Below are positions 23,823 to 34,437 of a stretch of 34,437 bases of DNA, piece after piece. The translations under genes were made by a program, and so were the position numbers. The DNA lies in assembly GCA_023231475.1 (NCBI GenBank), contig JALJEE010000072.1, forward strand, positions 1 through 34,437, written 5' to 3'. How positions within the stretch are numbered: position 1 is the first letter of the stretch; every line of letters starts with the position of its first letter. The stretch comes from Seison nebaliae. Its lineage: Eukaryota. The notes below the pieces were generated by a model. It ran no database searches. It was not told where the DNA came from and saw only the letters and a program-made list of their open reading frames with translations.

Positions 23823-25120
23823 TTAACCTGCACTCGCTTCTCTGGTGAAGACGGCCGTTCCATTGCCTTCACCATTCGTTGTACCATTGGATTGGAAGTG
23901 ATTAACATCATTCGACTTATTTCCCTAATAATAAATAAGAAATAAATAAGGAAAGTGAAAACTAACAAATCTGATGAGATTCCAGTCAAACATATAATCG
24001 TAAGTGAATCCTTTACGAGCAAAGAGATTCTTGAATAACGTTTGTAAATATAAATAATTTGGTGTTCCTTCGAAACTTAACGATCGACAATATTGGAGAT
24101 AAAGTGAAAATTCACCTAAAATTAAAGATGAATATTTTTTACTTTTTTATAAGAAACTAACTGGGATATCCTTCACACAGATCACTGACATGAGTATTCG
24201 CTTTCTTTTCACTAATCTTCTCATACTTTTGTCGTTTCGTCGCCGCTTTCAATCCTTGCCATGGAAGACTTCCTCGATTAAAATACATGAGAACATATCC
24301 CAACGATTCTAAGTCATCTCGACGAGATTGCTCTAAACAGAAATTGAGTTTTTTTTATTCCATAATTATTTTCACTTGAAATTCCTCTAACCAATTCCAC
24401 TATGTGTATTAATCGATGCATATCTTGCTGTTCCAGTTAAATTTTTATTTTCTTTATATGGAATATGTCTTTGGCGACCATCCCGATATTTTTTCGCTAG
24501 ACCAAAATCAATAATATATACCAGATTACCTGAATTCATTAATTTCTTATAAAATTACAAAATTGTCAATGAATATTTAACCTCGTCTTCCAAGTCCCAT
24601 CAGGAAATTATCTGGTTTAATATCGCGATGGATGAAATTTTTACTATGAATATAATCGATTCGACTAATCTTGATTTATACGAATAATAATAATATATTT
24701 AAAAAAATTGATGATTTATAGAAGAATAAAAGAAAACCATTTGATGTGCAAGTAATAAGACAGTTTTTAAATGAAATTTTCGATTGCAGAAATTGAATAA
24801 ATCTTCCAAACATGGACCTAATAATTCCATGACCATTACATTATAATCTCCTTCACTTCCACACCATTTCAAATTAGATATTCCAATGCCACCTATGGAA
24901 ATCATAGGAAACGGAAAAGAAGAAGAGAAAAAATGAAACCTTTCATTTGTCTATAGATTTTCGCTTCGATATGTAACTGAGGATGTTTTGTTCGTACACA
25001 TTCCAATTTGATAGCGACTTCTTCATTCTTCGTAGTATCCGTTCCTAAATAAATATCACCAAATGATCCAGATCCGATTTTCCGTCCGATACGGTAACGA
25101 TTGCCCACTCTCAATTCCAT
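23823..25120 (-). CDS. CSNK1D: Casein kinase 1, delta/epsilon type; 7 exons (25120-24940, 24892-24738, 24669-24582, 24529-24392, 24332-24162, 24115-23967, 23924-23823)
   Basis: [94 protein letters not shown]. The end of the last exon is uncertain. Confidence 0.96.
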
Positions 25121-28007
25121 GACGATTGGAGAGGATGCAAATCTGTGAATGACAATATAAATATGACGATAAAATAAATGGAATTTGGAAGAGTAGAAAT
25201 AAATTTAGTAAAAATCAAATTAAATTAAGAATAAGTACTTTAATCGTTTACCGACCAATTAATGAGTAACGTAGAGTAATTTAAATTTAATCGTATTTAA
25301 GATCAAGAAACGAAATCGTGTTTACATAATACTTATTGAAACTATTAAGAGAACGTACAATCATCGTTGTTCAGACAAATGAAACACAAACAGTCCAAAC
25401 ACTAACAACAATTAGAAGAGACATTTTTATTTCCCATTGGAAAAGAAAGAGAAGATCGAAGAACAATTATTAAAAATAATGTATTTCATAATGGATGTGG
25501 GAGAACGAATTAACTCCCGGAATTTCCTTTCACATATTTATTTCCTTATTCAATCAACTAAACATAATAACACATTCAAAATTGAATGTTGTTGTTGTTG
25601 ATTCAAAGCTAAAAGTTTCCATTAATTCATTATCTCACAACTTAATGATTTTCAGAGAATTAATTTACTTCATAATTTAATATTCAGTAACTTTATCAAC
25701 AAAAGATCAGCTTTTATTTCTGGACTAAATGAAATTATTTTTCTAATCAATTTCTATAATCATCCATTATTGATCATTCTATCACCTGCAGAGGAAGAAG
25801 AAACACTACTTCCAAATTAAGCTTTCTCTCACATATTCATTCATTTATCGTATGAGTAGTACGTACGAGAAACAATTATCGGACTTTCACATACGTATTG
25901 ACAAATAATTTGCTTGTTTCCCATGTACGTAATTAATAGTTATTAGTAGGAAAATTGATCACAAAACGAATCGTAATAAGTTTAATAAATTTATTATGAC
26001 TCACCTGAACCTCGAGGAAATATTTGTTTTTATTTGATATTGTTTCCTCCCAAAAAAATCAAAGAATGCCAATTGGACTTTCCAAACAATTCTCTGTGTT
26101 CGATAACTAAATTATTCCTTTCACTTCTTTACGATTGTGTTTTTATTTTCCTTTCAGAATACATAAACAATAGTATGAATTTCATTCGGTTAATGTCAAA
26201 TTGTAAAATATTGCACAATAAAACAATTATACATTAAATATTATAGTTCTGAAGTAAAGATTATAGGAAAAGAGTAATTTCCTATAATATAGTAGTATAT
26301 ATAATATAACAGATCATCATAATACATCAAATAGTCTTATAATCAAATTGGAAAAAATTATATTAGAAAAAGAAATTATTTGGAATATAATTATATCAAT
26401 TTAAAAGAATAATAGATAATTGTATGAAGATAATCCGACGAATAAGCAAGCTAATAGTATTAATTTATCCTTCCACTATTTGTCTGCTTCAGATCATTTT
26501 ACTTTTTTTTTAATTTCCCACTAAATTAACTTTCAATTTTTATTGATTATTTTGTCTTTTTAAGAATTAACAAACATTAACTCAATGTGATTAATAATGA
26601 TTTTATTTTAATTTATTTAGTCAAATTTCAGTTTGCAATCATTTATATAATCATCGATATAATAAGATATATTGAGTATAAGCGATGAACGATTAATATA
26701 TGACAGATATGTTAACGAACATTCTCACAGTCTTATTGTTGAATATAAATAAATTGTAATTCTAGTTTCGTAATTCGACCACATTCGTATTTCATTCGAG
26801 AAGGACGAAATGTATGAAGACTAAAATAGTATAGAAATGCTTTAATGAAATTTTGCGCTAGAATTCATTTAGAACTAGCAGTCCCTGCGGCATAAGAGAT
26901 AATATGGATAATATAATCACTATCAAATAAAATTTTCTTCATTTGGACTCAAATATGCCCTTTGTCCTTTAATGTGTTTGGATAGAAATAATTGAAGGCT
27001 AATGAAATCATGCAATCGTCCTAGTTGACGGAATAAACCGATAGAATTAAATATCTGTCTCTCTTGTTCCAATCTAATCACTAGATTATTACATGCGAAA
27101 ATAATAGAATGGCATGATATTACAGATTCTCTACATGAATTTTTTATATCATTTTGATAAGTTTAGTAGTAGAGGAAATAGAGTGAATGTTAAACGAAGA
27201 AAACTCACCTAACTTTCATATGATATTCCAATTGGTTTGAAATAGAGTTTGATAGGAGATGTATTGTCGAATTCGGAGCTTAACTAAAAGTGGTCTAAAT
27301 GAAGATGATATTTTTGTATTCATATTTTTCCTCAAAATTATAAACCGAGTATTTATTAAGGACATTGTAATATGAAGATGGTTGAGTGTGTATTTGTGCG
27401 AATAGAAAAAATGTTCAAGAATTCTCTTCTTTTAACTTTTCTTTACATTCTTTTGTTAATTTGACTCCTAATTATTCTTGAAAATATCTCATCTACTCAA
27501 CTTTCCATATTCTAATATGTTATTCCTGAGAATTTCGGATAGAATATATTATAAGAATTATTTATCGATTAAACATTATTCAACTAGATGAACTTTCACT
27601 GTTAGCACACAACATAGTATTCGATTAGGTGTTTCACATCTGGGAATATCGATGAAGAAATTGATTATTTCACTTCCACGTATATGTGTAGGAAATTGAA
27701 GGTAGAGGAATAGTGAAGAGAACACTAGAAAAGAACCAGCTGTTGATATTCATTCATATAACATTTATCAATTTAAATTTGCACAAAAAGATTTTTAAAA
27801 TAAATAAAATTCATTTAGAAATTCGTTTTGCGATAAATAGTGAAGATTTCCTTCCGTGAAATCTCCCGTTGAGTTGGAAAGAAATAAATTTGCTTTTGGA
27901 CAATTTTTAACGACAATTCGAATCATGCCAAAGTGAAAAAAGAACATTTAATTTTACTTTTTCGACATTCTATGTCGATTTCATTTATTATGAAACATCA
28001 TTGAACA

Positions 28008-31000
28008 ATGAGTACACTTAGTTATCGATCGATATCATTAGATTCAATTCTAACATTGACGAATGATAATCAATTTGAAAGTTTTAAGAAGAAATATCTA
28101 AAGGAGAAATTGGATAACTTGAACAAGAATTTCCATGGAAGATCTAGAAGAAAGATGGATGGATTTGTTTTCTTGAACGATCATAAATTATCTGATCAGA
28201 ACAAGAAGAAACTGTTCAATGATCTTGATGTCAACTGTAATAACAGTAATTGTGAAGAGAATGATTGTGACAATTCGTCTCAATCTCAATCGCTTTCACA
28301 AGATACCATCTTTTCAAATTCACTCAATGACGATGAAACGGATAATTCATTTTGTAATGAAAGACCAACGAGTGATTCATTTCTTGATCGGAAAGATGTT
28401 TCTCCTCCCAATAACGTGTTCGTCGAGCGGAAAGATTTAAACAAATCGATGACGAGTAGTAATGAGAAATCTTATCCACCTAAAAAGAAACGAGCGAATG
28501 CTTGGTATAATGTTAGATAAAGTTGTTCCTCTCACATAATTCCACATTTCTCTCAGGCTTTCAATCCAACATATAAACAAAAGAATACTGAATTCCATAA
28601 ACTATTCAAATCAATCCCTTCAAAAGAAACACTTCTAGTCGGTTCGACTATTCTTAAAAATCATAATTATCTAAATTCTCCTTAACTTAAACTTTTTTAG
28701 ATTATTCTTGTGCGTTACAAAAAGACATTTTACTACACGGTCGTCTCTATGTAACAAATGCAACAATTTGTTTCTACTGCAATCTATTTGGATGGGAAAC
28801 AAACGTCTCTTTTTCTTCTTCTACTCCATATTCTAATTCTCCCATAGATTTGTATTCCAATAAAAAATGTGGACAATATTACAAAAGAGAAAACTGCAAA
28901 ATTCATTCCAAACGCCATTCAAGTTTTTCTTGTTTTTTCATAAAACACGAAAATTTCTTTTAACCTTCTTAAAATCAGATTGTTTTGAAAACAAAAGAAA
29001 AATATTTTTTTACCAGTTTCACTTCACGAGAGAAGACATTTGTCATGTTGTTTCGCATCTGGCAAAATTTCTTACTAAAAAAAGTTTTTTTTTCTTTCAA
29101 TAATCTTCATCTTGAATGTTTGGATTGTAAAAAAAACTTATATGAATTTTTTTTACAATTTCTTCTCTTTGTTCAAACTTGTATGGATTCGTTATTCTAT
29201 TCTTCTTTTTCATTCTGGGAAAATGTTGTTGAGAATAGATTAGTATTCTCCAAGAGGTAAATCGATGTTGTTTCTCTTTACTTCCATGAGGAGAATGTAG
29301 TTTCCTTCATATTTTTTTCTTTTGATGTTTTTCTTTCTGCTTTCAGAAGATGCATCTTCATGTCAAATTTAGATCAATAATTTGAGTTTTTTTTTAAGTT
29401 CATTTTTTTGTTTGGTGATGAAAAGGATTTCACGTATTTTTCTTTCTTCCTCACTATTTTTTCTAATCAGGAAGAGTTAATTATTTTTCTTCTCTAGCCC
29501 ATGTCACATGACGAATTGTTAACTTTATTGAAGTTACATTATGGGGATCAGATAGACAAAGATTCAATTAGTACAATATGGAATTTTGAAAGCGAAGATT
29601 CTCCATCAGACACTGATGGTTCTTTTCTGTCTGAGAAGAAAAAGTTAACATTCTCTATAATCTTTAAATAATATTTTATAATATAATTAAAGTGGCACAG
29701 AAAATAAATTGAACGAGAAGAAGAGAATAGTTTTGTCGAAGAAGAAACAAGTAATTGTTCAGAATTTGGATGATTTAAATGTGAATCAGAATTCTTTATT
29801 TTCTTCTTCAATTAAACACCAATTGAAAAATGAAGATAATCAGAGAGTTCTGAAGAAAGGTGATTTACCAAATAATCTCTTTTTACAAGTCCCACAAAAA
29901 AAAGAGAAATTTGATGGGGATTCATCGGATTATCAGAAAAGAATTCCAAAAAGAGTTAAATCGGAAATTATCCTTAAAAAACGATCATCTGACATTAATC
30001 CATTGAATGAAAGTTGTTCATTTAACAATCGAATACTTTCTTCAACGAAGCCATATGTCGCTAAGCCAATAGACCAATTATGTAAGATGGTATGTGAAAA
30101 TGAAGAATCGAAATTGGATTCGGGTTCATATCAATTGATGGAAAGTTTAAATTTATTTGAAAAAAAAAAAAAGAAATATTATATTTAAAAATTTAGAAAA
30201 AATGGCAGGTAATTCGTTTGAGGAATTGGAGAATAATGTTCATTGTGATTGTGATGATCATTTACCGATCAGTTATTTGGATGAAATATTTGAAATCGAA
30301 TTAGAACATTTGTTCAAATACGTCGCATTAAATTCGACATTTTTTCGCGAATATTGCAAATCGACAGGAAGATCGAATGTCACTTATACTAAATGGCATA
30401 GACATCGACAGAAAGAACCTTCATCATCTGAAGTGTCATCTGAACCTTTCGATCAGACATGTAATGACAGTGGAGTAACAAAGACATTTAATGTATCAGA
30501 TTCTGGTGAAGAAATTAATGAGAAGAAGATTCAATCGATAATTGATGATGATGATTTGTATAGAACTGATTCGTCTGATCTCGAATCGATTACTCCACAT
30601 CATAAGGAGAAGAATGAAGAGATGAAGAAACATTTATGTCAAATGACATCAATTCCATCATATGTATCTCATGTTCGTATTTTGAGTTATGTTATTTCTA
30701 TTCGAGCAATTATGGTTAAACGTGTTACCACCACAGACGTACAAGTTCAATATTTGATAATGATTTATTTTAACATAATTTAATTTTAGTATATTCATAA
30801 AAAATCGAAAAAAAATCATCGATATATTATCGATTCGAAAGCCACATCTGCTGGAGTGTTATATGCGGATTGTTTTTGTGTATCATCCAGATTCTGTCTA
30901 ACGAGAATCGATAATCATCGTTCTCGATTAAGAATCACAGGTGATATTGAACCTATAAAATCTATGACAAATATGGTATTGAATTTCGCCAAGAACGATA

Positions 31001-31738
31001 TTCGAACTCGAGTTCATGCTAATTTCGAAAAATTGAAGAATGTTCTGCTTTCCATATTCATTTCCTTTATAACCTGATTGACATTCATAGAATTTGTTGG
31101 AAGAAGCGAAAAAGAATCGGAAGATGTTGATGACTGTCATTCCTGAATGTAATAAAAGTACAAAATCTGTTTTTTCATCAGATGATGAACAGGAAGATGA
31201 TGATGATGGAAATGATAGTGATTATGAAAATTTGAAAAGTACGAAAAATGATAGCATGAAAAAAGATCTCAATCATCGAAGGAAACCGATTGAAGGAACT
31301 TTATTCACCACTTCCAAGACACAATCAGGAGGAACAAGTGGAAATATGATAAGAAGTCGATTGAATAGTCGAAGAAAATATCGACAAATTGATGATGAAT
31401 ATGATAGAAAACATAGAAATGACAATTTTGAGAATAATACAATTTCTTTCGATGGAATATCAAGTTGTCTTTTCTATCATCATTCCTTCTCTACTTATTC
31501 ATCCCATTAGATATCAACATAACTTTAGGAAATTATTCCATTAAAATGTCAAGTATTATTTTAATTATAACATTCTTGTTAGTATATTCTCAACAACTAC
31601 AGATTTAATTTATATTATTTAATTATTAATTATCAATCAAATAGATTACTTGCAATGATTCTCATTAATATCGTTCTTTATTACAAACTCTACAAAGTGG
31701 AACAAATGGCCGAAGAAATGGCGAAGAGGAGACTCTAA
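28008..31738 (+). CDS. GRAMD1: GRAM-VASt-TM sterol transfer protein GRAMD1/Aster; 12 exons (28008-28511, 28557-28641, 28701-28804, 28848-28922, 28979-29083, 29498-29618, 29701-30144, 30197-30744, 30790-31041, 31091-31463, 31511-31577, 31645-31738)
   Basis: WYNAFNPTYKQKN.EFHKLF, DYSCALQKDILLHGRLYV, KEKTAKFIPNAIQI, KYFFTSFTSREKTF, VASt motif AGVLYADCFCVSSRFCL..SRLRI, and C-terminal TM ILINIVLYYKL. Confidence 0.92.
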
Positions 31739-32163
31739 TTTTCGTTTTCTTTCGGAAAACCGGATGAATTTTTTACAAATTTATTTCTTTTATTCTTATA
31801 AAAATATTTAATATTTAAGATTCTCATTGAACAGTATTTAACTTAATTGTCCATCATTCCTCCTACACATCATAGTCATTGACATCCAAATGGAATTTTA
31901 ATTGGACTTAAAGCTATCTCATTTCCTTCATTCCTTTCCTTTTTTTAAGGTGTTATCAGTACAATATTTTCTTTACCGGCGACCATTCACACAAAAGTAA
32001 GAAGAACACAAATTTATTTTCTCTTAAATAAACGATTTTCTTACAGGTTTCTCATATATTTTAAACAGAAATTTTGAACACTTGATTATTATCAATCTAT
32101 AGGAATATATAGGAATACGAATAGAATTTTATAACACATAATATGAATAATAACTTATCACAA

Positions 32164-34197
32164 TTAATTATAGTGAAATTTTCTAGAAAAATAAAATCGT
32201 AAATTAATAGGAAGATTTTTTAATTTTTTTTTTTCGAATTTTAATTGTTCCAATTTCTCTATAATTTTTTGGGAAACATCTGAATCTTTCGACGAGTATG
32301 AGGACAATAACTTCATTTCCCAATAGAACATTTCCAAGCACGTATCTTCAAGATCTTTTCTTACTTCTATTTGATGCAATAACTCATTGGTTGTAGGTTT
32401 CGTGTTTTGGTTTGTAAGAAGTTGAGCAATAAAACTGTTGAAATTCTCTGTAGCAATTACAGAGAAATTGTGTGTGGTGGAAAGTTGATGAAGAAGAATT
32501 TCTTCAATTGATTGAAAATAATTTTGAAATTCATTAAACTGCGTTGAAATTGACAGGATAATTTTGCTTATTAAATCATAAAAATTTTCATTTATCTCCA
32601 AGAATTGGCGAGTGAGCATTCGGTTAAAAGAATTTCGATAAAAATTATAAAGAACGTGATAAAATTGTATGTCATCCTCTAACTCTTTATCAGAGAAATT
32701 TGAGTGAATTTTGATTATGAAGTAAATTGAAATTTGTTTTGCACAATTTTTCATTTCATTTTCAATAAAATCATAACAATTTACATAACGTTTCGATTGT
32801 AAATATTTTTCATAATTCTTTTTCCTAATCAATTCGGTACATAATATTTCGTAATTTAGTTTCTCCAACTCGAATCCTATATGGATTAATTGGGAGAATT
32901 TCTCAAATAAATTATTTTCCTTTGTCTCAATGAAAAGTTTCATAGAAATTTGGTTATAGGAATAATCTTTTCTTTCTACAAGAAGAATAAGGAAAGAGAT
33001 TAATCGATTGGAAAAATTGATGGATTCGAATGTGGTTAATGCGAATAGAGATTCCCTCAATTCCATCAATTGATTTTCTATTTTGTTTATGGTTATAATT
33101 GGTTTATGATATTTGTTTATAATATGGTGAACAATTTTCCTGTTATGTTTCTCGTTCAATCGAATTAATTCCATAAACACGAATTCGATGTCAATTGGTT
33201 GACGAATAATTTTCTTCACTTCTTCGCCAGCCGATAAAGAAAAATATTCTAATTTTTCTATTATTTCTAATGAGCAGTGGAATTCTTTTGAAACTTCATC
33301 ATAAGATTTATTGTTGTCTAATGTCATTCTTGTTTGTGGGTAAACTTCAAAAAAATATTTGCAAAATAAATTCAACATTTGAAATGACTTGGAATATTTT
33401 TTGTCAGTAATTTCTGTGGTAAGAAAACATAAATTCTTTCGAAATTCTTCACAACTTCGGAACAAGTTATTCCACAAACATTTCCGGTACATTTGAGAAT
33501 CACTGGCATTTGATGGTCGATGGTTTATCTTATTTAGATCAAAAGAGCGGCGACACGTTGGAAAGTCTTTTTGATTTAACAAGAAATTTATGAAGCGAAA
33601 ATTATTTTCATTTTCTTTAGATATAAAATTAAAATAATTTGGTTGTTCGATAGAGGATGTGGAGTTTTGAAAATCTTTATTTTGTTCATCAATGGAAATA
33701 TCAATTTTTTCTTTTTCCATAATTTCCTCGACTTTTTCATAAGTTTTATCACCATTTTTAACTGAATTATTTCCAATAGATAATTGATCAGAATTCGATG
33801 AAGAAATTTCACAATTTAGTAAGGAGGACAGTTTGCAGTCAGAATGTTTTGAACAAGATTTTTTTGAATTTTCTAAAGATAATTCTTTTGAACTTGTTAT
33901 GTTGGAACGATTACTACAGGAGGATAAAGTTGACGTGATTGACGAAAGAGATTGTGAACGATTATTTTTCCGGGCAAATTCGTCCAGTTCGTCTTCAAGT
34001 GATGGACAGGACGTAACATTTCGATCATCATTCATTTTCAAATGACTAAGTAACGGAAACGAAGATCGTCCGTCAATCGAATCGGATGAGCGTTGAAGAA
34101 TTTCATCAATTCGTTGTACAGTTGTATGAATTTCAACATGGAACATCTTTTGAGAATTCATAGGAATATTTATGGAAAATCTTCTATTAGTTTCCAT
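32164..34197 (-). CDS. Orphan 677-aa protein, single exon; Ser-rich N-terminus, helical/coiled-coil C-terminal two-thirds
   Basis: A 2-kb uninterrupted ORF in very AT-rich DNA is not expected by chance. No recognisable domain. Confidence 0.8.
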   Translation of the reverse strand: METNRRFSINIPMNSQKMFHVEIHTTVQRIDEILQRSSDSIDGRSSFPLLSHLKMNDDRNVTSCPSLEDELDEFARKNNRSQSLSSITSTLSSCSNRSNITSSKELSLENSKKSCSKHSDCKLSSLLNCEISSSNSDQLSIGNNSVKNGDKTYEKVEEIMEKEKIDISIDEQNKDFQNSTSSIEQPNYFNFISKENENNFRFINFLLNQKDFPTCRRSFDLNKINHRPSNASDSQMYRKCLWNNLFRSCEEFRKNLCFLTTEITDKKYSKSFQMLNLFCKYFFEVYPQTRMTLDNNKSYDEVSKEFHCSLEIIEKLEYFSLSAGEEVKKIIRQPIDIEFVFMELIRLNEKHNRKIVHHIINKYHKPIITINKIENQLMELRESLFALTTFESINFSNRLISFLILLVERKDYSYNQISMKLFIETKENNLFEKFSQLIHIGFELEKLNYEILCTELIRKKNYEKYLQSKRYVNCYDFIENEMKNCAKQISIYFIIKIHSNFSDKELEDDIQFYHVLYNFYRNSFNRMLTRQFLEINENFYDLISKIILSISTQFNEFQNYFQSIEEILLHQLSTTHNFSVIATENFNSFIAQLLTNQNTKPTTNELLHQIEVRKDLEDTCLEMFYWEMKLLSSYSSKDSDVSQKIIEKLEQLKFEKKKLKNLPINLRFYFSRKFHYN

Positions 34198-34437
34198 GTC
34201 AATAAAATTTGTGACGATCTAAACTAGAATAAGTTCGATAATTTCGAATAAACTTCATCTTGATCTACTTCGTCAAAAATTGTGTCAAAATAACGGAAAA
34301 CTGTGTTACATGCAAATTTCAAGTTTTTAATTCTGACGGAAGTTGTAAGTTTTAACTACTTTCTATTATTTTTTTACTTCTCTTGTTTTATTTTTTAATA
34401 CTAGTTATCCCCTCAATGGAAAATTTGTCTTATATTA

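Noticed and set aside
26872..26893. ACTAGCAGTCCCTGCGGC as a Helitron 3' end (CTAG on the - strand)
   Set aside because: No complete subterminal hairpin and no identifiable 5' end.
26940..27420. Short - strand open stretches as a cryptic gene
   Set aside because: I could not build a phase-consistent model with a start codon, and there is no homology.
29084..29497. ORF 28985-29260 extension, or a micro-exon at 29471-29475, inside the long GRAMD1 intron
   Set aside because: The extension is low-complexity T-rich translation. A micro-exon would need a 22-nt intron, below the roughly 40-nt minimum seen, and the alternative acceptor 29470 runs into a TAG.
1..34437. CRISPR arrays, rRNA/tRNA/snRNA genes, transposase/RT ORFs, U12 (AT-AC or GTATCC) introns
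   Set aside because: None recognised by eye. No spaced repeats and no U1-like ATACTTACCTG were noticed, and all modelled introns are GT-AG without the U12 donor.

Overview
Very AT-rich, gene-dense eukaryotic (animal-type) genomic DNA. It is not prokaryotic: the fragmented ORF track is explained by many tiny spliceosomal introns. By hand-splicing I reconstruct five conserved multi-exon genes: XPR1 (+), a three-repeat Myb (-), BBS7 (+, with an upstream RFX X-box), casein kinase 1 delta/epsilon (-) and GRAMD1/Aster (+). The window also holds an intronless, divergent p22phox/CYBA-like gene, several orphan genes and a possible GPCR pseudogene. The most striking signal is the splicing code. Of 38 introns in the five conserved genes, 36 start GTT rather than the usual GTR (1 GTA, 1 GTC), and only 12 have +5G. 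Ten end in AAG and 33 are 41-59 nt long. This points to a rewired, probably length-measuring spliceosome in a miniaturised animal genome. All gene models are manual, with no RNA-seq or database searches, and the organism cannot be identified from this window.
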